Of a stretch of DNA of 20,000 nucleotides, positions 9,388-17,435 are shown in pieces. Positions within the stretch are counted from its first letter, which is position 1; each line of letters starts with the position of its first letter. The notes below the pieces were generated by a model. That model did no database searches. It saw nothing but the letters and a program-made list of their open reading frames with translations, and had not been told where the DNA came from. The position numbers and the translations under genes are program-made. The stretch comes from an uncultured virus (IMG/VR IMGVR_UViG_3300021963_000095) (lineage: Duplodnaviria > Heunggongvirae > Uroviricota > Caudoviricetes): IMG/VR virus record IMGVR_UViG_3300021963_000095. The stretch is one strand, 5' to 3'.

Positions 9388-9421
9388 CGTTTTTCTCCGT
9401 GTTGAGTAATTCTATGAATAC

Positions 9422-9429
9422 TATTTATA
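9422..9429 (-). promoter_or_regulatory. T4-type late promoter (TATAAATA) upstream of the 218-aa gene
   Basis: Exact TATTTATA on + strand in the intergenic gap. Confidence 0.8.
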
Positions 9430-9440
9430 AAAAATTTTCG

Positions 9441-10019
9441 TTAAGATTTATTTACAGAAATTTCTTTAATAACCATAAATCCGCTATAACAACCTACCGC
9501 AAATTGTGTTGAAGAACTATTATTTGTTCTAAACTGTAACTGAAAAACTTGTAAATTTTTATTTAAAGGCTTATGGTTATGGGTCATTCTTATTGAATGC
9601 CTAGCATTTTGAACATATTGAGTACCAACTGTTCTCCAACCATCGTTAACATGAATATGGACCCTATGGTAATCGTGGTGGTCGTGTTGGCGGTAGATAT
9701 TAGTGTGGGGTTGAGTTTGCCAATTATCTCCCTGAGTGTATCCACCAAACATATTGGTTTGAATATGTTCTTCTCGACCATTGATTAAAAGTCGAACTTC
9801 ATAAGCAATATCTGAACCCGTGTCTGCTCTATACAACCCTCCAGACATTTCAAATTCTAAAGTCGAATCTTCATATTTAGGAGTTAGTTGTAAAGGACTT
9901 CCCCAATTAAAAAATGAATTAGGAGCTCCTGAACTATTGGTATCAGTTAAATCTTGATATTTGTATTGAACAAGCAATGAACCTGAAACAACACTTTTGG
10001 TAATCTTCGAAAGACCCAT
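9441..10019 (-). CDS. Fibre-tip-like paralog 5 of 5, long His-rich insert
   Basis: Shares M(A/G)L(T/S)KITK..GS..VQ..DL.D..NWG..L.(I/L)TP.Y.DS.LE...L.NG...Q.Q...GF....EIS with four neighbours; insert QPHTNIYRQHDHHDYHRVHIH. Confidence 0.7.
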   Translation of the reverse strand: MGLSKITKSVVSGSLLVQYKYQDLTDTNSSGAPNSFFNWGSPLQLTPKYEDSTLEFEMSGGLYRADTGSDIAYEVRLLINGREEHIQTNMFGGYTQGDNWQTQPHTNIYRQHDHHDYHRVHIHVNDGWRTVGTQYVQNARHSIRMTHNHKPLNKNLQVFQLQFRTNNSSSTQFAVGCYSGFMVIKEISVNKS

Positions 10020-10037
10020 TATAAATTTCCATTCAAT

Positions 10038-10613
10038 TTAGTTACTCAAACCTTTTGAGATTTCTTTAATTACAAAGAATCCACTATAAGCACCCATAGC
10101 AAACTGCCCTGAACCACTAGTTGTTCTGACTTGAACTTGAAAAGTTTGCTGTGCCGTTGATGCTGGTCTGTGGTCATGTGTCATTCTTACTGAATGTCTA
10201 GAGTTCTGAACATGTTGTGTGCCAACTGTTCTCCAACCATCATTAACATTCTGATGAACTCTATGATAGTCGTGATGGTCATGTTGACGAACAATATGAA
10301 TGTGAGGTTGATGTTGAGTATTATCACCTTGAGTATATCCACCAAAAAATCCTGTTTGAATATGTTCTTGATTGCCGTTTACTAATAATCTAATTTCATA
10401 AGAAACATCCGAACCAGTATCAGCACGATATAAACCAGCAGACATTTCAAATTCTAAAGTTGAATCATTGTATTTTGGTGTAATTGATAAACCACTTCCA
10501 AAGTTTACAAAACTTGTATTTCCTGATGCACTAGCGTCAGTTAAATCTTGATATTTGTATTGAACTAACAATGAACCATGAACAACATGTTTTGTTATTT
10601 TAGTTAACGCCAT
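10038..10613 (-). CDS. Fibre-tip-like paralog 4 of 5, long His-rich insert
   Basis: Closest relative of 9441-10019; insert QHQPHIHIVRQHDHHDYHRVH; GAGGA RBS. Confidence 0.7.
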   Translation of the reverse strand: MALTKITKHVVHGSLLVQYKYQDLTDASASGNTSFVNFGSGLSITPKYNDSTLEFEMSAGLYRADTGSDVSYEIRLLVNGNQEHIQTGFFGGYTQGDNTQHQPHIHIVRQHDHHDYHRVHQNVNDGWRTVGTQHVQNSRHSVRMTHDHRPASTAQQTFQVQVRTTSGSGQFAMGAYSGFFVIKEISKGLSN

Positions 10614-10629
10614 TTTATTCCTCTTTCAA

Positions 10630-11154
10630 TTAACTTTGGTTATATCCAGGACCAGAAATTTCTGATACTGCTAAAAAACCATTTAAACAATTTATATTTC
10701 TTGAAGCTGTGCTTCTAACTTGAACTTGCACCACTTGTGCATTTGTTGTTCCTGGAGCAATAACTTTAAACATACCAACACCACTTCTTACCGAATGAGA
10801 ATCAAAATCTTGATGATGTGATTGACCAAATCTACTATTATACTGAACACGATGGCCGCCACCAGTATTTCTTTGACCATTGATTCCAGTTACCTCATAT
10901 ACTTGATTACCATTAACAATAAATCTAGCATAAAAGTGATTTTCTGTTGACTGTGTAAATTGGTCTGGAACATTAGTTGCACCAGTAAATGTTATTTCTA
11001 AGTGACTATCTGAATATTGAGGAGTAATGGTTAAAGTTTCTCCCCAATTTGTGTATGATGAGCTACTAGTGGTCATGTCAGAAATATCTCTGCTGATATT
11101 CTGAATCAACATAGACCCGTAGACTACATGTTTTGTGACTTTCGTTAATGCCAT
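10630..11154 (-). CDS. Fibre-tip-like paralog 3 of 5, medium His-containing insert
   Basis: Same scaffold; insert GGGHRVQYNSRFGQSHHQDF; AAGGA RBS. Confidence 0.7.
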   Translation of the reverse strand: MALTKVTKHVVYGSMLIQNISRDISDMTTSSSSYTNWGETLTITPQYSDSHLEITFTGATNVPDQFTQSTENHFYARFIVNGNQVYEVTGINGQRNTGGGHRVQYNSRFGQSHHQDFDSHSVRSGVGMFKVIAPGTTNAQVVQVQVRSTASRNINCLNGFLAVSEISGPGYNQS

Positions 11155-11170
11155 TTGTTTTCCTTAACCA

Positions 11171-11701
11171 TTAAGTTAAATTATATCCTGGTCCAGATAA
11201 TTCTGCTACTGATAAAAAACCCCCATAACAATTTACTGTTCTAGAATTAGTGTGTCTAATTTGAATCTGAACTGTCTGGTTGTTTCTAATTGTTGGGATA
11301 TGAATATGAAACATTCCTATTCCTGTTCTCATTTGATATGCATTAAAATCTTGAGCGTGATGCTGATTAAATCTTGTGTTATTAATATGTCTATGTCCAC
11401 CAGCGCCACCTCCCGTATTTACTGCACCATTTACACCAGTCACTTCATATTCAGATTGTCCATTAATTAAAATTCTTGCATATACATGATTAACAGCATC
11501 AGTAATCAAATCAGGTATTTCAAGCGAACCTGTAAATGTTACCTCTAAATGACTATCTTCATATAATGGAGTTATTTCAATATTAGAACCCCAATTTGTG
11601 TATGATGAGCTTGATGTTGATAAATCACTTAAATCTTTTGAAACATGCTGAACCAACATTGAACCATACATCACATGTTTTGTGATTCTACTTAACCCCA
11701 T
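11171..11701 (-). CDS. Fibre-tip-like paralog 2 of 5, medium His-containing insert
   Basis: Closest relative of 10630-11154; insert GGHRHINNTRFNQHHAQDF. Confidence 0.7.
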   Translation of the reverse strand: MGLSRITKHVMYGSMLVQHVSKDLSDLSTSSSSYTNWGSNIEITPLYEDSHLEVTFTGSLEIPDLITDAVNHVYARILINGQSEYEVTGVNGAVNTGGGAGGHRHINNTRFNQHHAQDFNAYQMRTGIGMFHIHIPTIRNNQTVQIQIRHTNSRTVNCYGGFLSVAELSGPGYNLT

Positions 11702-11712
11702 ATTTTATAACC

Positions 11713-11720
11713 TATTTATG
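11713..11720 (-). promoter_or_regulatory. Possible variant late promoter CATAAATA
   Basis: 7/8 match in a 26-nt intergenic gap, very close to the downstream ATG; may be chance in AT-rich DNA. Confidence 0.3.
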
Positions 11721-11727
11721 TATAAAA

Positions 11728-12210
11728 TTAAACACTCAATCCAGTGCTAATTCCTGAAGAAATTTCTTTGATTGCTAAGAAACCATTATACCAATAAAAT
11801 GTTCCGGTACTGTTATCTCTACCACGCAACTGCACTTGAACAGTTTGGGCATTAGTTGAACCTGGTCTATGTCTATGAATTACAGAAACTCCTTCGCCTT
11901 GTCTATTGGCATTAAAACCGTCTCCTATATAACCACCATTAATTCTATCGATATAGTGTTCTTGAACACCATTGACTAAAATTCTTAAATCAATACCCAT
12001 TGTATTATCTCTGGCCATAGTTCCTACAGTCACGCCAGAAAAACGAATCTCTAAAACCGAATCGCTATATTTTGGAGTTAAAGAAAGTGTAGAACCCCAA
12101 TTGACAAAAGATGTTGTAAATCCACTCGAACCGTCGGACAAGTCTTGGTCAAAATGTTGAACAATAATTGACCCCTGAGTTACATGCTTAGTAATTTTTG
12201 TTAATGCCAT
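11728..12210 (-). CDS. Fibre-tip-like paralog 1 of 5, short loop without His-rich insert
   Basis: Same scaffold (MALTKITKHV, LTPKYSDSVLE, GFLAIKEIS) with short loop GGYIGDGFNANRQG. Confidence 0.7.
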   Translation of the reverse strand: MALTKITKHVTQGSIIVQHFDQDLSDGSSGFTTSFVNWGSTLSLTPKYSDSVLEIRFSGVTVGTMARDNTMGIDLRILVNGVQEHYIDRINGGYIGDGFNANRQGEGVSVIHRHRPGSTNAQTVQVQLRGRDNSTGTFYWYNGFLAIKEISSGISTGLSV

Positions 12211-12222
12211 TTTTCTTTTTCC

Positions 12223-14592
12223 TTAGATAAATCTTACTAATTCAATTACAGCATTCAATGGTGGTATTGTTCCAAAATAAACTTTGTTACCATTGAGAAT
12301 GTATGAATTTGAATTTTGTAATTTACCGTTAATGTAAACTAAAATTTTCTGTTCATTATATGTTTCTTGAATTGCTCCAAAAGTATTATTTTCAAATACT
12401 AATTCAGCAATCTGATAAATGTTATCAGTTCCGTTTGCAATTCTTGTAATTTTCAATGGCGTATTATTAGTTTCAGCAATTGTTCCAGTAAATGTTGTAA
12501 TATCATAGATACCAATCACATCTATTTTCTTTAGTGATGCCGGTGCTGTCGCCAATGTTAATACATTACCGTTTAATGAAAATTGAGTTTCATTTAATAC
12601 TGTTCCATCAACATTAACAATAACTCCGTTGTCGTCAGGTGTTGATGTTGGTGTGAATGGTAGTGTGAATACTTTTACAGAACCATCACCAATAAAATAT
12701 GCTCTTCTTCTGTTTGCCGCTAAGACTGGAGTTGCTTTTAAAACTTTAACCCAAATTTCTGAACCTGCTTGAATTTGTTCATCAAAACATAGTTTATTAT
12801 TTACAACATAGTATGAATCGTCATGTTGTAAAACACCGTTTACCGTAACAATAACTGCATGGTCACTATCAGGATGAACTTCAACATCAGTATTTGATTG
12901 GTCAAATAATCTATAGAAATATTCACCACCAATACCAGGAGTTCCTGTGACACTTGTTGTTAAGAATGTGCAGTCGTAGCAAGATGTATCAGTTACACCT
13001 TGGAAATAAATTAATTCAACATAAAAATTAAGACCATCAGCATCATTTGGTGAAGCAACTGGTAATCCTTGTGCATCATGTGCTGAAAGGGTTAATACTG
13101 AACCTGAAATTGACCAAGTATCATTTCTTTGAATAACACCATTAATAACAACCATGAACAAATCTTCTTTTGCCGCATTTGAAGTCATTGATGCAGTAAA
13201 ATCAGATGTTCTAGATGTATAACCTGCGGCCACATCAAATGTTGTTGCGTTATTTGTTGTTACTGTCCAAACGCAACGCTGAATATTTGTATCTGCGTTT
13301 GTGACTGTGTTTGATTTGTTATATAATGCCTTTAAATCACGAATTTCAACTTTAGCGGGAAAATTATGGTCTCCAACATATGAACCAACATCAACAACTT
13401 GAGCAATATTTCCTAAATTATCTGTATCGTAAAAGTTGCGTGACAATACTGAATATTCTGTGTATGGTTGAAGAATACCATCAATAGATACAAACAAATC
13501 TTTTGCGGTATTTAAGATATATGATGTATCGTTAATAAAAATATTTTCAACACTATCCCAACGGTGCGAATTAAAATCAAAATATCTTTGGCCAGTATTA
13601 TTAGTTACAGCAGTAACAGTCAATGTTGCATTGTTATTTCCACCTTGAATAGTTAACACATTACCGTTGACATAATTTTTAGCAAAGTCATATTGATTTG
13701 CTGTAATTGACACGGCAGTAACTACACCACCAGAAGCAGTAACATCAACTAGTAATCCATAACCGCCACCGCCTGATGTTTTATATGTTCCTGTTGTATA
13801 TCCTGTTCCACCATTACCTAAAGAAATAGTAGAAGGAACACCGATGGCATCATCTGTCATCTGTGTGCGTCTTTCGTAATTTGTATAATCGGGAGATTGA
13901 AATCCCTTGAATTCTAAGTATGTTCCTACTGCCGGTCTAGTTCCAAAAACTACTTTACCATCAACTAAAAAATATTCTCTATTATCTTTAATGGTTCCAT
14001 TTGCAGTTACCATTAAGTTTGCATGACTTGTTGGTCTATGATGTATTGGAAAAATATTTGATTGGCCGTCAGCAAGTAATCCAGTTGTGTTTAGTGTTAA
14101 TGGATTACTTGTTAAACTGTTTCCACCATTATCAACAATATCATGAAGTCCTCTAAATTCAACAAGTGAATTATTTGTTGGAGCTTGAATTAACAAACAT
14201 TTGTGACCTTGAACAACATATTCATAGTCATTCAATAGTTCTCCATTTACTGCAACTAAAACAGATTGTTCTGATGGAGGAATCCATCCTAAATCAAAAA
14301 TTCTTGTTACACCATCACCAACATAAAGTTTATTTCTTGTTTGTCTAACATCAGAATTTGCCATTGAAACAATAGAAATAAGTGTTCCTGAATCAGGAAT
14401 AGTAGAGAATAAAATTTTAGGACCACTTAAAACATAGTCCACATCATGAACATAAACACCATTATAGTAAACTAAAAATTGCTGGTCTGTTGAAGGTAAA
14501 AATTCTAGGTTAAAGATTCTACGAACACCATCTCCATAAATGTTTTGGTGTCTAATCTTTGCTCCTGGTGCTGTGTTTCCGATAAAAGGCAT
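12223..14592 (-). CDS. Repeat-built virion structural protein (about 8 copies of a 65-90-aa GDG..F.L...V..NG..Q...Y...G..L.F...P..G domain); fibre/baseplate-associated
   Basis: Repeats visible by eye, e.g. GDGVRRIFNL/LVYYNGV, GDGVTRIFDL/LVAVNGE, ADGQSNIF/MVTANGT, FVSIDGILQ, MVVINGVIQ, IVTVNGVLQ, GDGSVKVFTL/IVNVDGT, LVYINGKLQ. Confidence 0.75.
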   Translation of the reverse strand: MPFIGNTAPGAKIRHQNIYGDGVRRIFNLEFLPSTDQQFLVYYNGVYVHDVDYVLSGPKILFSTIPDSGTLISIVSMANSDVRQTRNKLYVGDGVTRIFDLGWIPPSEQSVLVAVNGELLNDYEYVVQGHKCLLIQAPTNNSLVEFRGLHDIVDNGGNSLTSNPLTLNTTGLLADGQSNIFPIHHRPTSHANLMVTANGTIKDNREYFLVDGKVVFGTRPAVGTYLEFKGFQSPDYTNYERRTQMTDDAIGVPSTISLGNGGTGYTTGTYKTSGGGGYGLLVDVTASGGVVTAVSITANQYDFAKNYVNGNVLTIQGGNNNATLTVTAVTNNTGQRYFDFNSHRWDSVENIFINDTSYILNTAKDLFVSIDGILQPYTEYSVLSRNFYDTDNLGNIAQVVDVGSYVGDHNFPAKVEIRDLKALYNKSNTVTNADTNIQRCVWTVTTNNATTFDVAAGYTSRTSDFTASMTSNAAKEDLFMVVINGVIQRNDTWSISGSVLTLSAHDAQGLPVASPNDADGLNFYVELIYFQGVTDTSCYDCTFLTTSVTGTPGIGGEYFYRLFDQSNTDVEVHPDSDHAVIVTVNGVLQHDDSYYVVNNKLCFDEQIQAGSEIWVKVLKATPVLAANRRRAYFIGDGSVKVFTLPFTPTSTPDDNGVIVNVDGTVLNETQFSLNGNVLTLATAPASLKKIDVIGIYDITTFTGTIAETNNTPLKITRIANGTDNIYQIAELVFENNTFGAIQETYNEQKILVYINGKLQNSNSYILNGNKVYFGTIPPLNAVIELVRFI

Positions 14593-14607
14593 CTGTTAAC
14601 CCCTAAA

Positions 14608-14940
14608 TTATGGTGTAATTTCTAATACGCTTGCAACCAAATCAATGCTATTCGCTCTAGATGCGGTTGCCTTTAATGCTTCGTTAGACATAAGATTAAT
14701 TGGTCTTTCAAACACTAAGGTTTGATTTTTTGGAACAGGCAACAAATATGCAACTTTAAATGAAGTGACACCATCAGATGCGATAACTTCAAGATTGATA
14801 AACAAATCTTCTAGACCATATGTATTTGTAATGTATATAGCGTGAATACATGATTCTTTTGTAGCAGGAACAGTATATACTGTCGAACCTGTTGTAGATA
14901 TGTTTCTTACTTTACCGTTTTTGAATGCACCATTTGCCAT
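14608..14940 (-). CDS. Small beta-rich structural/adaptor protein (MAN.FKN family), paralog of 16198-16533
   Basis: MANGAFKN...VYTVPA...I.N...L....L.....L......AS.LE matches the 111-aa paralog. Confidence 0.65.
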   Translation of the reverse strand: MANGAFKNGKVRNISTTGSTVYTVPATKESCIHAIYITNTYGLEDLFINLEVIASDGVTSFKVAYLLPVPKNQTLVFERPINLMSNEALKATASRANSIDLVASVLEITP

Positions 14941-14962
14941 TTCTGATTCCTATGTTTTCTTT

Positions 14963-14970
14963 TATTTATG
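14963..14970 (-). promoter_or_regulatory. Possible variant late promoter CATAAATA overlapping the stop of the 410-aa gene
   Basis: 7/8 match about 22 nt upstream of the next ATG. Confidence 0.3.
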
Positions 14971-16198
14971 CTGTCGCTACAGCGAATAAACCTAAATCTG
15001 TTTCAAATCCTTGAGGCACACCAATTTGTCTAGTTACCTTTTTAAGTCTACCTCCATCGGCAGAATCGGCAATCATAAAATAGTCACCATCATTCAATCC
15101 ACCAACAGCAGGTAGTGAATTAATAATATTATTTGCGGCGTTACCTAATGTGTTATCTAATTGAGCGCCAAGAATCCATGCATTGCCTGCGGCCAATGTT
15201 AATGTTGCATTACCTAAATTTGTAAAGGTTGCTGTGCCTGAAGCAATACCATTAATTGTTAATTGTGGCGATTTGGAAATTGTTACTCCGCTTCCAATTG
15301 TTCCAGCAGACATTTGTGAAGATGAACCGCTGATTGTTACATCAGTTAATGTTCCGCCTGTTGTTACGGAAATTGTAGGAATTGTTACGGTTCCTGTGAA
15401 TGTTGGACTTGCTAAAGGTGCTTTGAGAGCGAGAGAATTCGTTACTGTAGTCGCAAAGTTCTGGTCATCAGCAAGTGCATCAGACAACTCACCTAAGGTG
15501 TCTAAAACTCCCGGTGCTGTGCCAACTAAATTTGCAATGGCAGTTCTTACATACGCTGTTGTAGAAACATTTGTGCTGTTATCGGATTGTGCCTGTGTAG
15601 TGGCAACAGTTCCATTCTTTAATGTTCCAGTAAATATTCCAGACAATTCTTTAGTATTTGCAAGGTCGATACCAGTAGCAGACACGGTTGCTTGTGTAGT
15701 TCCGTTGTGCTTTAAATCAACACCATCTACAGCATTAATAGATAGTCTTTGTGATGCCAAATCTAGAGATGCAATTAAAGTATTCGCACTATCTCTAAAT
15801 TCAATTACACCAGTAGCGGCATTTGTTGTACCGTTTAAATCTTTAATTGTTGCAATTGGTGTATTATTAGCAATCTTTAAATTTCCTAATGCTTCTAATA
15901 AATCTGAAAAAGATTTTATACCAGCAATATTTTGAGCACCAGAAATTTTTACTGCATCTAAATCTAATTGACTAACATTTACACCATCAACTGTTCCGTT
16001 GACTGTAATATTTCCTGGAACAGTAAGATTCTTTCCTGCACCTAAAATTAGGTCTGCAAGAAGAGTTAAATCTGAATCCGTTAAGGTAACCTTATTCGCT
16101 GTCGCATTATCATCAAAACCTGTTGAGGCGAAATTTGTAATTGTTCCGCCATCGATGCGATTACCGCTTACTCTTGGTTGATTACCTATATAACGCAT
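14966..16198 (-). CDS. Tail fibre protein
   Basis: Widespread fibre motif DNSTNVSTTAYVRTAIANLVGTAPGVLDTLGELSDALADDQNFATTVTNSLALKAPLASPTFTG; QNIAGIKSF repeat; Gly/Thr/Ala-rich. Confidence 0.85.
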   Translation of the reverse strand: MRYIGNQPRVSGNRIDGGTITNFASTGFDDNATANKVTLTDSDLTLLADLILGAGKNLTVPGNITVNGTVDGVNVSQLDLDAVKISGAQNIAGIKSFSDLLEALGNLKIANNTPIATIKDLNGTTNAATGVIEFRDSANTLIASLDLASQRLSINAVDGVDLKHNGTTQATVSATGIDLANTKELSGIFTGTLKNGTVATTQAQSDNSTNVSTTAYVRTAIANLVGTAPGVLDTLGELSDALADDQNFATTVTNSLALKAPLASPTFTGTVTIPTISVTTGGTLTDVTISGSSSQMSAGTIGSGVTISKSPQLTINGIASGTATFTNLGNATLTLAAGNAWILGAQLDNTLGNAANNIINSLPAVGGLNDGDYFMIADSADGGRLKKVTRQIGVPQGFETDLGLFAVATA

Positions 16199-16533
16199 TA
16201 TACATCCTCAAGAATTGAGCAAACAACAGAAACTCCAGCCGCAGTATTACATGTGACTGCAATCTTATCGCTTGTTGTTAATACGAGTTTTTGGCCAGCA
16301 ATGTATGATAATGTGCCTCCAACTTGAATTGGAACGCTCTTTGCTAAATAAACATAATTTCCGGTTACTGTGTGATATAATTCAATGTCAACTGTAACTA
16401 CGGAGTTAAGAATATTAGCAATATCTAAACCAATAATCATTGAGCGTTTACCTGCAACTGCTGGCGCAGTATAGATATCCACTCTGCTGGTTCCTACTGT
16501 TTGTGATACTGCGTTTTTAAAATCGTTTGCCAT
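16198..16533 (-). CDS. Small beta-rich structural/adaptor protein (MAN.FKN family)
   Basis: MANDFKN...IYTAPA...IIGLDIAN...GQKLVLTTSDKI...SILE; TAATG-coupled to the 410-aa fibre. Confidence 0.65.
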   Translation of the reverse strand: MANDFKNAVSQTVGTSRVDIYTAPAVAGKRSMIIGLDIANILNSVVTVDIELYHTVTGNYVYLAKSVPIQVGGTLSYIAGQKLVLTTSDKIAVTCNTAAGVSVVCSILEDV

Positions 16534-16555
16534 TTATCTTACCTTCTTTTTACAA

Positions 16556-16563
16556 TATTTATC
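16556..16563 (-). promoter_or_regulatory. Possible variant late promoter GATAAATA
   Basis: 7/8 match in the intergenic gap about 22 nt upstream of the ATG at 16533. Confidence 0.4.
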
Positions 16564-16566
16564 CGA

Positions 16567-16920
16567 TTAAATTGAATCTAAATCGTTACCACCAATTAAT
16601 TGTAATGGGTTAAAATCCATCGCCATCACCTGTCCTAATGTTGGTTTTACTCTTGTTACACCATCACGCAGACTTTCAATAGTATCTGCTAAATTTGGGT
16701 TTGCGTTTGTTCCTGTGAATGTTGGGTTCAAACCTGGTCGCAAACCAGCAGTAAAATTTCCAATTCTGTTGTTTACTGCACTAATACCATCTGATACATT
16801 ATTCTGTCCATGTAACTGTGAAGTTAATGTATCAGCGTCACCTAAATTGGAACCAATTTGATTCTGTTTGTTAATCCAACTGGCAAGTCCATCTGCTCTT
16901 GTTACTTGAGGTTGTGCCAT
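16567..16920 (-). CDS. Short fibre-anchor / segmented coiled-coil protein, paralog of 16923-17207
   Basis: N-terminal V.R.D.L..W..K.N.I...LGD..TLT aligns with VSQNDTIEQWRVKTNDI..RIGDPATLT. Confidence 0.55.
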   Translation of the reverse strand: MAQPQVTRADGLASWINKQNQIGSNLGDADTLTSQLHGQNNVSDGISAVNNRIGNFTAGLRPGLNPTFTGTNANPNLADTIESLRDGVTRVKPTLGQVMAMDFNPLQLIGGNDLDSI

Positions 16921-16922
16921 GA

Positions 16923-17207
16923 TTATCCAATCGCCAAAATAACATCGATTGGAATTGCATCTGTAGCGGCGACAACATCAAGTTCATCCTTTACAGAATT
17001 AATAGCATTAACAACACTAGTTTTATCTGCTGTGGTTAAAATTGCTAAATTTCCAACTTCAGTATCAACCTCACTCAAAGCACCAACTACATTTGCTTTA
17101 TTTGTTGTAGTTAAAGTTGCAGGGTCACCAATGCGAGTTGAGATATCATTAGTTTTAACACGCCATTGTTCAATGGTATCGTTTTGTGAAACATTGATTA
17201 ATGCCAT
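16923..17207 (-). CDS. Short fibre-anchor / segmented coiled-coil protein
   Basis: DT.EQWRVKTN N-terminal motif seen in fibres of T4-like phages; two G...LTT..K..VV.A...V repeats; hydrophobic C-terminus VILAIG. Confidence 0.65.
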   Translation of the reverse strand: MALINVSQNDTIEQWRVKTNDISTRIGDPATLTTTNKANVVGALSEVDTEVGNLAILTTADKTSVVNAINSVKDELDVVAATDAIPIDVILAIG

Positions 17208-17434
17208 TATTGTTTCCTAATTAAATTCTTTAGTAACTCTTTAATTTCACCCATATCTTCTTTGAGATTATTTATCTCATCACAAAGAGAGTTCATTTTT
17301 TGTTTTTCTGTTTCTCTTTTTAATTTAGCATCCATTGCTTGAATATAAGCATTTTTATTTGTATCAACAATACCTTTTGAATAAGTATCACGATACAAAT
17401 TTGGATGGTCCATTACTTTAAGTTTATTATCCAT
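17207..17434 (-). CDS. Conserved small coiled-coil hypothetical protein (75 aa)
   Basis: Start re-assigned to the ATG at 17434 just after the upstream stop; KVxxHPNLYRDxxSKGI...EINNLKEDMGEIKELL is typical of the gene following this structural protein in T4-like aquatic phages. Confidence 0.7.
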   Translation of the reverse strand: MDNKLKVMDHPNLYRDTYSKGIVDTNKNAYIQAMDAKLKRETEKQKMNSLCDEINNLKEDMGEIKELLKNLIRKQ

Positions 17435-17435
17435 A

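Noticed and set aside
9441..10613. Diversity-generating retroelement template/variable repeat pair
   Set aside because: Differences between the paralogs are mostly synonymous and not adenine-specific, both copies are full genes, and no reverse transcriptase is in the window.
11702..11728. 8-bp inverted repeat ATTTTATA/TATAAAAT
   Set aside because: AT-only and too weak to support as a terminator or regulatory hairpin.
9441..12210. Invertible shufflon-type tip switching
   Set aside because: All five genes are complete, co-oriented and have their own starts; no invertase or flanking inverted sites seen.
15183..15935. 250-aa plus-strand ORF and the other plus-strand ORFs in the track
   Set aside because: All lie antisense to well-supported minus-strand genes and are explained by codon bias; no recognisable motifs.
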